A stretch of 64,000 nt of DNA from Candidatus Latescibacterota bacterium (GTDB taxonomy: Bacteria; Latescibacterota; UBA2968; GCA-2709665): contig CAXXXF010000003.1 in NCBI GenBank assembly GCA_963667175.2, positions 320,001-384,000 on the forward strand, in the 5' to 3' direction. The notes under the pieces were generated by a model. It was not told the origin of the DNA. It made no database searches and saw only the letters and a program-made list of their open reading frames with translations. The number at the start of each line of letters is the position of its first letter. Position 1 is the first letter of the stretch. A program made the translations under genes and the position numbers. This document shows positions 10,103 through 18,865 of this stretch, one piece after another.

Positions 10103-10310
10103 AGAAAGGTTCGACAGCGGCGAAGACATCACGAGATTCCTGGAACTTGATCGGGCGAGACGACCGGCTCAGGAACCGAAGCGGGTGAACGTCGATTTTC
10201 CGCTATGGATGGTTCATTCTCTGGATCGGGAAGCCGGGCGTCTGGGTGTCACGCGGCAGTCCGTCATCAAATTCTGGATCGCCGAAAAACTGAAGCTGGT
10301 GTCTTCCTGA
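10083..10310 (+). CDS. brnA: BrnA/CopG-type antitoxin (ribbon-helix-helix)
   Basis: FDSGEDI..KRVNVDFPLWMVHSLDREAGRLGVTRQSVIKFWIAEKL; overlaps the toxin gene. Confidence 0.88.
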   Translation: MRAKELEERFDSGEDITRFLELDRARRPAQEPKRVNVDFPLWMVHSLDREAGRLGVTRQSVIKFWIAEKLKLVSS

Positions 10311-10342
10311 AGCGGCGTAAAGTCCAAATGAACCAATGGGCG

Positions 10343-10384
10343 CACAAAAACCGGGGGAGGAAGACTCCGCCCCCGGTTTTTGTG
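10343..10384. terminator. Bidirectional intrinsic terminator
   Basis: cacaaaaaccggggg..cccccggtttttgtg hairpin between convergent genes. Confidence 0.75.
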
Positions 10385-10400
10385 TTTTTCCGTGCCGTAC

Positions 10401-10994
10401 CTATACGTGCGGGCCGCGTTCCCGGATGATCCTCAGCGCCAGGTCCGGATCGATCTGCACGATCATCTCCGGTTCGATCTTGCAGTGGCCCGGCAGGTCG
10501 AAGCCCGCCACCGCGCTCCGGGCGTGCCATCCTGAGAGCGAGGCGTCCATCCCGTCTTCCCCGAACCGCGACCCCGGCCCGCCGAACACGTCGTGAAAGA
10601 CCGTGCTGTACCCGTCCACGACCTGGGGCGACTTGGAGAACGATCCTCCTCCGGCGGAATTCACCATCCCGATGCATTTTACGCAATACCACACGTCGTT
10701 GAGCGTGCCGTACGGGTCCAACGCCCAATGCAGCGTCACGACGTGTGAAATACCCGCCTCCCGGCCGGCCTCGTACCCGGCTTCCACGTCCGCGTCGTCG
10801 TTGGTGACCGCGCCCACGCCGCCTCCGGTGCCCGATGTGAACACCAGCCCGGAAGGCGTAAACGTGGCCATGCAGATCCGCCTTCCCTGGGGCGCCGGAC
10901 ACGCGTCCTCCCTGGACCCCAGATCGATCCCCAATTCCTTCAGCCGGTCGTAAACGTCGAAATCCCGATGCCACGAACTGTGCAATTCCGCCAT
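10401..10994 (-). CDS. RidA/YjgF family protein (Rid1/Atu1372-like)
   Basis: LVFTSG, GMVNS, HARSAVAGFDLP..EPEMIVQI. Confidence 0.8.
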   Translation of the reverse strand: MAELHSSWHRDFDVYDRLKELGIDLGSREDACPAPQGRRICMATFTPSGLVFTSGTGGGVGAVTNDDADVEAGYEAGREAGISHVVTLHWALDPYGTLNDVWYCVKCIGMVNSAGGGSFSKSPQVVDGYSTVFHDVFGGPGSRFGEDGMDASLSGWHARSAVAGFDLPGHCKIEPEMIVQIDPDLALRIIRERGPHV

Positions 10995-11036
10995 GTGCTC
11001 TCCTCTGTGTGAGTTTGCGTTTGAAAGTGACCATCC

Positions 11037-11064
11037 AAAATAAAGCGTTCGATCGCAATGTCAA
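11037..11064 (-). promoter_or_regulatory. Putative sigma70 promoter of the RidA-like gene
   Basis: TTGACA-N16-TATTTT on the minus strand. Confidence 0.45.
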
Positions 11065-11140
11065 GCCCGGATGACGACACGAACTCGCGGATCGCTCCGG
11101 GAAGGAAGCTCGCAGAATCCGTCCTTTCTTCCCGTTCCCG

Positions 11141-12211
11141 CTACCAGATCGTAGCGGCGATATACCGTTCCCCGTCGGGCTCGTCGTCGTAATAATAGGC
11201 CGAGACGACCCTTCCGTCGGGCCGTTCCACCGACCGCGGATAGCCGACGTCGTGGTCCCCGGCGTCGTCCCTCAGAACCACCGGATCGGACCACGTCGCG
11301 CCCTCGTCTTCGCTCAACACCGCCCGCAGCCCCGACGGCGGGTCGCGGTACCCGTAGACCAGGCGCAGGCGTCCGTCACCGGGCAGCACCATCGCGGGCG
11401 GATTGCCGCCGGCGCCGGTTTCCGCGACCGGCCGGTTCATATACCGCCAGTTCGCGCCGTTGTCGTCCGAACAGTACAGGTCGATCCAGTTGCCGGCCCT
11501 GCCCTCACCGCCGCCGCGGCGCCGCACGGCGACCAGGATGCGGCCGCCGGGAAGTCTCGCGCTGGCGGGCATGATGGCGAATCCATCGGGTTCCTCTCCG
11601 ATCCAGGACAGGAACTCGAACGTCCTCCCGCCGTCGGTGGTGCGCGCGCAGAACACCCTGCCCTCGCGTCCGTTTGACTTTGCCGACGTCAGGAATAACG
11701 TGCAGGTGTCCTTTCCATCCAGCAGATAGTCCGTCCGAGCCGCGATGCCCCGCAGTCCGAACATGGGCAGACCGAACGGTCCGTCCCAGGAGCGGCAACG
11801 GTCGGTCGACGTGTAGAACCACGACCGGGCGCCCTCGGAGAGACCGGTCCGGGCGCACATCAGCGCAAAGTCCGGGTGGCTGAAATCGATTCCGCCCGCG
11901 CGCCCCACGGGCAGGGCGGCCGCCACTGCGATCTCCAGCGAGCGATTCACGTGCTCGTTTGCCGAAACCCCCTTGCCTTCCGGAGAGGCGATCGGTATCG
12001 GTTCGACCGTCCAGTTGAGACCGCCGTCGAGACTGCGCGCCTGCATGGTTTCGAACGGCCGGTCCCTGTCCCGCCGGTGAAATCCGCCGTCCGACTTGTG
12101 ATACCCGAGTGTGAATCCTACGACGATCTCGTCTCCCCAAGACCAGATCCCGTAATTGGCCGGCCATCCGGCGTATCGCCCCTTCTTTCTGTAGATGACG
12201 ACGTGTTCCAT
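11141..12211 (-). CDS. Sialidase-like / BNR Asp-box beta-propeller protein (no signal peptide)
   Basis: Asp-boxes SLDGGLNW, TTDGGRTF, SDDNGANW, SEDEGATW; DVGYP near the C-terminus. Confidence 0.85.
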   Translation of the reverse strand: MEHVVIYRKKGRYAGWPANYGIWSWGDEIVVGFTLGYHKSDGGFHRRDRDRPFETMQARSLDGGLNWTVEPIPIASPEGKGVSANEHVNRSLEIAVAAALPVGRAGGIDFSHPDFALMCARTGLSEGARSWFYTSTDRCRSWDGPFGLPMFGLRGIAARTDYLLDGKDTCTLFLTSAKSNGREGRVFCARTTDGGRTFEFLSWIGEEPDGFAIMPASARLPGGRILVAVRRRGGGEGRAGNWIDLYCSDDNGANWRYMNRPVAETGAGGNPPAMVLPGDGRLRLVYGYRDPPSGLRAVLSEDEGATWSDPVVLRDDAGDHDVGYPRSVERPDGRVVSAYYYDDEPDGERYIAATIW

Positions 12212-12263
12212 GATTCGCCTCCAGTTGTTAACCTGAATCCAAATGGAGATGTCAACGAAACGG

Positions 12264-12854
12264 CTACGGTGAATATGCGGGCGTGACCTCGATTCGATGG
12301 CTGCACGGACCGCAAGTGATCAAAAGCTCTACCAGTACATTTGGTATTCGATTCTGCGTTCCGCAGCGCGTGCATTCAATTAGACGTGGCTCTAAAGGTT
12401 GTGCCAGGAATCCCGCACGAGGTGTCTTTCCAAGAGGGATCGGACACATGCTCGCGGCGGAGTCCATCGCACGCACTATTTCAGGTAAAGTCGCCTGGAA
12501 GAATTCTTTGTTGGGATTGACGCGGTATTTTGCCAAAGTATGATGCGTACGTCCTTCAGCAAGGTCGCGGTCTGCCACGTGGACGAAGTAAACCAACTGA
12601 AACTCGCGGTATACCGAAGTCGATGCACTCAATTCTGATACCCGTTCGAAAGGCGGACGCGACGACTGGCCGATCTTGTAGACGGAATCAACAAACGATT
12701 TGTTTCGGCACGCGTATATCCAGCCAACACGTTTGTACTCGCGCCGCCTTCTGTCCAGTGAGGCGATCGCAGCGAAACTCTGATTGATCGGATTATCCAG
12801 AACCACTTTTGTCGTCTGTTCCCGTCCGCCTTGTGCGCCGTGACCGGCGGACAA
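12264..12854 (-). CDS. T5orf172/MUG113 (GIY-YIG-like) domain protein with C-terminal zinc ribbon
   Basis: GWIYA..YKIGQS..ERVSEL..AE..HH.L..YRVNPNKEFF; CTRC..CGPC; true start uncertain. Confidence 0.8.
   Translation of the reverse strand: MSAGHGAQGGREQTTKVVLDNPINQSFAAIASLDRRRREYKRVGWIYACRNKSFVDSVYKIGQSSRPPFERVSELSASTSVYREFQLVYFVHVADRDLAEGRTHHTLAKYRVNPNKEFFQATLPEIVRAMDSAASMCPIPLGKTPRAGFLAQPLEPRLIECTRCGTQNRIPNVLVELLITCGPCSHRIEVTPAYSP
12825..12850 (+). repeat. 26-bp direct repeat, left copy
   Basis: tccgccttgtgcgccgtgaccggcgg, identical to 13918-13943. Confidence 0.85.
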
Positions 12855-13319
12855 TGACGCGACGGTATATACAGATGATGCCTCAGCCTATAGTGGAATT
12901 CAAGGCGTGAGGCATCGCGCTGTGAAACACCTAACAGCCCGTTGAAAAAGTCCATCCGGGCTGTGTCCGGCCCTTGTGACCGAACTACGGCGTTGCGCTC
13001 CCTCCCCGAATCCAGGGATTCGCGTCGGTCGCGCGCCTTGTCTTCGGCCACAATGACTCGGCCTCGCCTGCAGAGCGACTTTTTCAACGGACTGCTAAAC
13101 GGGGAGTTCGCGAAGGATCAATCCTTTGCGAACGTTATCCATTCATTCCTGGCGTTACTGAAACGCGGATACTGAGGAACGTATCACGAGATGAGCGTGC
13201 AACACCTGAAACGCGATATCAGCGAATCCCGTGTACGCCATATCGCCCGAAATTACTACACTGCCAAACAAACGGGGATGGTTGGAGTGCGGCCGAGGTA
13301 TATTGAATTGGTAGGGTAA
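12853..13319 (+). pseudogene. IS1595-family (ISXO2-like DDE) transposase C-terminal remnant interrupted by a MITE
   Basis: ATVYTDDASAYSG..HRAVKHL[MITE]NGEF..ANVIHSFLALLKRGY*GTYHEMSVQHLKRDISE..GMVGVRPRYIELVG; frame is restored when the MITE is removed. Confidence 0.85.
12935..13094. mobile_element. MITE, 160 bp, 18-bp terminal inverted repeats, CTAA target-site duplication
   Basis: Ends CAGCCCGTTGAAAAAGTC / CAGTCCGTTGAAAAAGTC (reverse complement); CTAA at 12931-12934 and 13095-13098. Confidence 0.9.
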
Positions 13320-13321
13320 TG

Positions 13322-13480
13322 TCAGACGTTTTGGGAGACTCTTTGCAGGAATGATACCACGGGCTCAAGAATATTGCCCTTGCTTTGAGAAAAACGCCTA
13401 TCAGATTCCCGAAGGGCCTTGACGTAATCGTCCCGATGGTCGCGGATAAGCTGGGGCAATGAACCTTCATATCTAATCAT
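13322..13480 (-). pseudogene. Possible C-terminal fragment of a Fic-family protein
   Basis: LPQLIRDHRDDYVKALRESD resembles the post-catalytic Fic helix (RxxYxxALxxAD); catalytic HPFxxGNGR absent. Confidence 0.5.
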
Positions 13481-13679
13481 TCTCGTCCAGAAGCTCTTTA
13501 ACATCCTCCATGGACAGATTCAAGCGCGCCGGAAGATTCCCATACACAAAGGCAATACGCTGCTGACGCTTCTGTTCCTTGGTGCGATGCAAGGAATAGG
13601 TCTCCCCTGTATCAGAATCGGGCACATCGTACTTTTGGGCGTCTTTCCACACGTCAATACATTTCTTTTGATTCGTCAC
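13473..13679 (-). CDS. Small helical protein, putative Fic-associated antitoxin
   Basis: EQKRQQRIAFVYGNLP..LSMEDVKELL; directly upstream of the Fic-like fragment. Confidence 0.55.
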   Translation of the reverse strand: MTNQKKCIDVWKDAQKYDVPDSDTGETYSLHRTKEQKRQQRIAFVYGNLPARLNLSMEDVKELLDEND

Positions 13680-13917
13680 GATGAACTCCCGCTATCTGTC
13701 CTGTCGCTTTTTTGCTCACTTACCGCCATTGCAAAACCCGCATCATCATCCCTCGTTACGGTTGACGTCTAACGAAATTTAACGAATGAGTACTGAAAAG
13801 ACAACCGCGAATTGTCGGTTCTTTACTACATTATGTAACAAACTGCAGGGGAGATCGCCCCCGATTGCTCTGGTATATAGTTCCCGCAATAATAGGGTCA
13901 ACTCCAACCCGCGCACT

Positions 13918-13943
13918 TCCGCCTTGTGCGCCGTGACCGGCGG
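13918..13943 (+). repeat. 26-bp direct repeat, right copy
   Basis: Identical to 12825-12850. Confidence 0.85.
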
Positions 13944-14022
13944 CATTATTCTATAGCGGACGCGGCATACAGATTTCCACGCCCGTCGCGTCCGGACCCC
14001 ATCAAAGAGAAAGGACTCCTCG

Positions 14023-14667
14023 ATGGACACATTGCAACTGGCGGCGCCCAACAACGCCTTCGTCCTGTTCAACGGCAGGGACCTCAGCAACTGGACCTCC
14101 TTCGACGGCGGCGAACCCGGCTGGTCCGTTGAAGACGGCATCCTGCAGGTCGTGCCCCGCTCCGGGAATATCGTGCATACCGAGCCCCTGACCGATTTCT
14201 ACCTGCACCTGGAATTCCGATGCCCGGACATGCCCGAGGCCACGGGACAGGCCAAGGGAAACAGCGGCGTCTTTCTCCACGGACTCTACGAGATCCAGGT
14301 CCTGGATTCATCGGGGGTCGACGTTCCGGGCACCGGCGATTGCGGCGCTTTCTACGACCAGTCGGCGCCCCTCGTCAATGCATGCAAAGCGGCCTTGGAA
14401 TGGCAGACCTACGACGTCTCGTTCCGAGCGCCGCGACTGAACGAAAAAGGCGAGTTGGCCGAACACGCCCGTGCCACCGTTCTTCAGAACGGTATCGTGA
14501 TCCAGAACAACGTACAGATTTCAGGCCCGACAGGTTCGGCTTCGAAAAAGCCGGTGGAAACCTCCGGTCCGCTGCTCCTCCAGGACCACGGAGACAGCGT
14601 CGCTTACAGGAACATCTGGGCCGTGCCGCTTCCGCTCGAGGGATCGGACACCTACGAACCGCGGTAG
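14023..14667 (+). CDS. DUF1080 / 3-keto-disaccharide hydrolase family protein
   Basis: LFNGRDLSNW, LHLEFR, GNSGVFL..YEIQVLDS, EWQTYD, LQDHG. Confidence 0.92.
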   Translation: MDTLQLAAPNNAFVLFNGRDLSNWTSFDGGEPGWSVEDGILQVVPRSGNIVHTEPLTDFYLHLEFRCPDMPEATGQAKGNSGVFLHGLYEIQVLDSSGVDVPGTGDCGAFYDQSAPLVNACKAALEWQTYDVSFRAPRLNEKGELAEHARATVLQNGIVIQNNVQISGPTGSASKKPVETSGPLLLQDHGDSVAYRNIWAVPLPLEGSDTYEPR

Positions 14668-14746
14668 CCATCGCGTCGGGGTTCGAAGAAAACCTGCGGA
14701 TTCGCGCCTCGCGAAATTGAATCTCCCCGCTCCCAAAGACGATCCC

Positions 14747-15343
14747 ATGACTGACACCATCGAACTGAGCAGTCTGGAGACGGACCCCTGCCTGCTCAGG
14801 TTCGCGCTCAACGGAAGCGGCGTCGACGGGCCCTCCTTCGATGCCTGGAAGAGGGCCCGATCGTTCATCGCCTCCGAGTTCCACCGGTCCGGAACCCTGC
14901 TGGACGTCGGCTGCGCCAACGGCTTTCTGCTGCGGTGCCTCGCCGAGTGGACCCACCACGAACTCACGCCATACGGGATCGACGCCAGCGCGCCCAGGGT
15001 CCGAGATACAGAACGGTTCTTCCCCTCGCGAAGCGAACGGTTCGCCCGCCTTCCGGTCGAGCGGCTGGCGGAGATCGATGCTCACGGTCTTCCCGAAGCG
15101 TACGATTTCGTCTATTGGGCGGTCTGGGACAACTACCGTTTCGACAGACCCGACCGAATCGACCTCCTCGAACGCGCGTTAGAGAGCGTAAGGGACGACG
15201 GGCGGCTGATCCTGGGTTTTTACGACCGCGAACCCGAAACCATCAAAAACAAAATCGCCCAGATCAACGCACTCAACCTGGGGCATGCGGTCCACGTGGC
15301 GAATCCCGACGGCCCGCAAGTACTGCTCAGGATATCGAAATAG
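14747..15343 (+). CDS. Class I SAM-dependent methyltransferase
   Basis: LLDVGCANGFLL, YGID, YDFVY, GRLILG. Confidence 0.8.
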   Translation: MTDTIELSSLETDPCLLRFALNGSGVDGPSFDAWKRARSFIASEFHRSGTLLDVGCANGFLLRCLAEWTHHELTPYGIDASAPRVRDTERFFPSRSERFARLPVERLAEIDAHGLPEAYDFVYWAVWDNYRFDRPDRIDLLERALESVRDDGRLILGFYDREPETIKNKIAQINALNLGHAVHVANPDGPQVLLRISK

Positions 15344-15344
15344 C

Positions 15345-15588
15345 AAAGGCCGGGAGAGGCTAGACGCTAGACCAAAGACGACCCCTCCGCCCGACCCCGT
15401 TTTCGCGGTGCGTTGTTTCGGAGCGATTCTCTGATCCTGCGCCGCGACACGGGCGGTTCGCGAACCGCCCCTACACACGCGATAGCGGCGCTTGCATTCG
15501 CGCGGTGTTGGTTTTGAAGTTTGCTCTTCGGTTTTTTGTCTTGCTTTTGGCTGACTGCTGAGAGCTGACCGCTGATCGCTGCTTTTTT
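15345..15588. repeat. Intergenic repeat cluster with GTAG-type REP palindrome and GCTGANN heptamers
   Basis: gggcggttcgcgaaccgccc-ctac at 15451-15474; gctgact-gctgaga-gctgacc-gctgatc-gctg. Confidence 0.8.
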
Positions 15589-16053
15589 TCATCTCCTGAT
15601 CACATCCTCGAATTCCTGGAACATCTCGATGCTGATTCCGTCAGGGTCCAGCGCGTACATCGCGCGGGCAACCACCACCCCGTCCCGGTCCACGTCCGTG
15701 GGCGGATTGATCGACCCGAATCCCGCCGCCTTCAGTTGCGCAAACATCGCGTCCACGTCGTCCACCTCAAACGCCACGTGCGACGCGCCCAGGAACCGGT
15801 TTTCCTGAGGCCGCGCTTCGACCCGCGGATGAACGTATTGAACGAGTTCCAGGATGAACTCGTTTACGGGATGCCGCAGGATCGCGATCATCAGATGGAC
15901 CTGATCGTAGCCCAGAATCGTATCGTAGGACGGTATGTCCTTCCGCTCGGATATCCGCACGAGCTCCAGACCGAGCAGGTCCCGGTAGAACGAAACCGAA
16001 CGATCCAGGTCCGATACCGTAAATCCGTGATGGTGCCCCATGACAATGCCCAT
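15589..16053 (-). CDS. VOC/glyoxalase family protein
   Basis: HHGFTVSDLDRSVSFYRDLLG, ELVQY, HVAFEVDD, DPDGISIE. Confidence 0.92.
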   Translation of the reverse strand: MGIVMGHHHGFTVSDLDRSVSFYRDLLGLELVRISERKDIPSYDTILGYDQVHLMIAILRHPVNEFILELVQYVHPRVEARPQENRFLGASHVAFEVDDVDAMFAQLKAAGFGSINPPTDVDRDGVVVARAMYALDPDGISIEMFQEFEDVIRR

Positions 16054-16350
16054 GTCTCTTCGCTCCCTGAAAGTCAATTAATGCCTGCGGCGCAATTGCC
16101 AAAATCGTCTGTAGTGAGCCGTCGGGCCATATCCGGTTTGGTTAATATAAAGCCTGACCCTATAATATCAAGGCCGGCTTGAGACGGCGCGGGCGGATTA
16201 CGAGCGCGAGCCCCTTGTTTTCAGGGGCGATTCAGGGAACTCCCGGCCATGTGCGGTCGTCTATATTGAACCAGCCGCGGCCGGGCCCGCTCATTCGTTG
16301 GGCCGTCTCCGGCCCGGTCCGTTCCCACACCGTTTCAAAGGAGTTGGTCC

Positions 16351-16782
16351 ATGCGCATCCGAAGCACGCTCTCCCTGGCAGCCCTTTCCGTTATCCTGAT
16401 CGCCGGCCCCGGTTTCGCGGGCGCAGTCGAGGTGCCGGGCGAAGGCGATCCGGCCCTTTACGTCGTGAAAGTACACGCCGACTGGTGCGGCGCATGCACG
16501 GCCCTGGTACCCGTCCTCGACGAGGTCCGGACGTCTCTTGCCGACAAACCCGTCCTCTTTCTCGAGCTCGACGTGACCGACGCAAAACGCGCGGCACAGT
16601 CCCGGCTGCTGGCCGCCGCTCTCGGTTTCGAAGCGCCGTTCAAAGCCAACAACAAGACAGGCCTCGTACTGCTCATCGATCCTGCCAAGAAGGCGGTCGT
16701 GGAAACCCTCACGCGCAAGAATCCCGCGCAGGAGATGACCGGCAAGATCAAGGCGCACATCGCCATGGACGGGAAATCCTGA
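16351..16782 (+). CDS. Exported thioredoxin-like protein
   Basis: Signal peptide, HADWCGAC active site. Confidence 0.85.
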   Translation: MRIRSTLSLAALSVILIAGPGFAGAVEVPGEGDPALYVVKVHADWCGACTALVPVLDEVRTSLADKPVLFLELDVTDAKRAAQSRLLAAALGFEAPFKANNKTGLVLLIDPAKKAVVETLTRKNPAQEMTGKIKAHIAMDGKS

Positions 16783-16846
16783 GCATCGAGGGGCTGTGCG
16801 GCGAGGGGAGACGGGCGCGTCCACTTGGCTGCTAAGGAGAGACCGG

Positions 16847-17914
16847 ATGACCATTAAAGACATCACCGCGACCAGCGTCAGCATCCCCTATGCCGCGCCG
16901 GTCGGTCCGTACGTCGGCCGGGGCGCCGGCGGCGGTACGCTGGGCGCAACCGGTCTGATTGTCAGGATCGAGTCCGATACGGGGCACGTGGGCTGGGGCG
17001 AAGGTACCGGCGGCTTCGAGACAGACCCGAACGCGATCCTTGCAGGCAGCCACGTTTCCGACGTCGAAAAGGCGATCGGAATCCTGGAAGACGCGGGCAT
17101 CCCAAGGGGCCCGGTGTCCGGCGTCGAAATGGCGCTCTGGGACCTCCTTGGCAAACACGCCGGGCTGCCCGTGTGCCGCCTGATGGGCGGTATTGTGCGC
17201 ACCGAAGTCGACTTCACCGCATGCATGGGCCTGAAGGAACCCGGGCAGTCCGCCGCCACCGCCCGGGAGTACATCGACCGGTGGGGATTCCGTTTCATCA
17301 AGACGAAAGCCGGCAACGACCCCTCGCAGGACCTGGCCATTGCCGAAGCGGCCTGTAAGGAGATCGGCGGCGAAGCCGTATTCCGCCCGGATGCGAACGG
17401 CGGTTACCCGCAGGAAGAGACGATGGATATCATGCAGAAGATGGCGGACCTGGGCGTCACGCACTTCGAAGACCCATGCCACACCGAGCACGTGGAAACG
17501 CTCGCGCGGGTGCGCAGCGAAATCGGCACGCACATCCTCGTCAACGGCGGCGTTGCCCTGCCGGGAAGCATCCGGCCCTTTCTGGAAGCCGGATGTGCCG
17601 ACTCCCTGATGCCGGACACCCCGGCCGCCGGCGCGATGCTTCGCGTCAGGAAGATCGCCGACGCGGCAGAACCGTGGAACGTGCCCTGCCTGATGCACTG
17701 TTCCCACGACCTGGGCCTGAAGACCGCAGCGATTACCCATATTGCCGCTTCCACGCCCAACTTCTCGGGCCCCAACGACACCTGCTACCACGGGTTGGTG
17801 GACGACGTACTGGCCGAACCCTTCACGTTTGAAAACGGGCGGCTGAAGGTCCCTCTCGGCGCGGGCCTTGGCGTGGAAGTCGACGAATCCAAGGTTGAAC
17901 GGTACCGGGTCTGA
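16847..17914 (+). CDS. Mandelate racemase/muconate lactonizing enzyme family protein
   Basis: GWGE, EMALWDLLGK, KTK, RPDANG, FEDP, GLGVEVD; AAGGAG RBS. Confidence 0.92.
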   Translation: MTIKDITATSVSIPYAAPVGPYVGRGAGGGTLGATGLIVRIESDTGHVGWGEGTGGFETDPNAILAGSHVSDVEKAIGILEDAGIPRGPVSGVEMALWDLLGKHAGLPVCRLMGGIVRTEVDFTACMGLKEPGQSAATAREYIDRWGFRFIKTKAGNDPSQDLAIAEAACKEIGGEAVFRPDANGGYPQEETMDIMQKMADLGVTHFEDPCHTEHVETLARVRSEIGTHILVNGGVALPGSIRPFLEAGCADSLMPDTPAAGAMLRVRKIADAAEPWNVPCLMHCSHDLGLKTAAITHIAASTPNFSGPNDTCYHGLVDDVLAEPFTFENGRLKVPLGAGLGVEVDESKVERYRV

Positions 17915-17997
17915 TCCGCGGTCGACCATTCGCCGACTTTCGTCAGAGGGGGCCGGGCGCCTCCGCAGAGGATTCGATTCAAGCTGAAAGGGCTGCC

Positions 17998-18837
17998 ATG
18001 GACGCCGTCTGCGTTGACGACCGCGACTGGTCCACGCTGACCCTGGGCGAACGCATTCGCCAGATAGAACTCGACGGTTACGTCGTGCTGCCCGATCTGC
18101 TCACTCGCGGACACGTTACCGCGCTCAAAGCCGAGACCGCCAGGCTGGAGACCCGGCCGGTGGACTACAGCGTCCACCAGCAGGTCTGCCCGAATCTGCA
18201 ATTCACCGGCGGGCCCATCACCGATCTCATCGCCCATCCTCCCACCCTCGCCTTTCTGAACGAACTGTTCGGCGGGGATCCCATCTTCATGTCACACACG
18301 TATGCCCGTTCCGAACCCGGCCATCCCGGCATCAGCCTCCACACCGACGGGCAGCCCTACGGTTCTCAGATCTTCGGGTACGGCGGCAGCGTGCCGTTCA
18401 TGGTCCGGGTGCTCTATTATCTGGACGACCTCACCCGAAACGTCTCGCCCTTCCGCGTGATCCCCCGCTCCCACCTGTCCATGCACGCCGACGCGAACCC
18501 GTACAAACGCTACGAGGACCATCCCGAACAGGTGATGGTCCTCGTTGAATCCGGCAGCGCCGTTCTGATCAACCACAAGGTCTTTCACGGGAACTTCCCG
18601 AACACCGGCGCCCACGCCCGGGAAATGCTGGCCGTTGCCTACCGCCCCGCCTGGGCCGGCCCCATTGACGAAGTTCCCGCATGGGACGAGGCCGACCTCG
18701 CCGCATTGCCGGATCCCGTGCGTCCCCTCTTCGCCGATCCCAACACCCGCCACTGGGACTTCCACGGCGGCAACAAACCTGCCAATATGGCCAGCGAGGC
18801 GCCCGGCATCAATCCCAGCCGGTGGGATCGTCAGTAG
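17998..18837 (+). CDS. PhyH family dioxygenase
   Basis: DGYVVLP, LHTDG, IPRSH, FHGNFPN. Confidence 0.88.
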   Translation: MDAVCVDDRDWSTLTLGERIRQIELDGYVVLPDLLTRGHVTALKAETARLETRPVDYSVHQQVCPNLQFTGGPITDLIAHPPTLAFLNELFGGDPIFMSHTYARSEPGHPGISLHTDGQPYGSQIFGYGGSVPFMVRVLYYLDDLTRNVSPFRVIPRSHLSMHADANPYKRYEDHPEQVMVLVESGSAVLINHKVFHGNFPNTGAHAREMLAVAYRPAWAGPIDEVPAWDEADLAALPDPVRPLFADPNTRHWDFHGGNKPANMASEAPGINPSRWDRQ

Positions 18838-18865
18838 CGCCCCTTCAGCGGCCTCAAACCGCGGC

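Noticed and set aside
13170-13178. In-frame TGA as selenocysteine or recoding in the IS1595 frame
   Set aside because: It lies in a truncated, MITE-disrupted transposase at a non-Cys position; simple decay explains it
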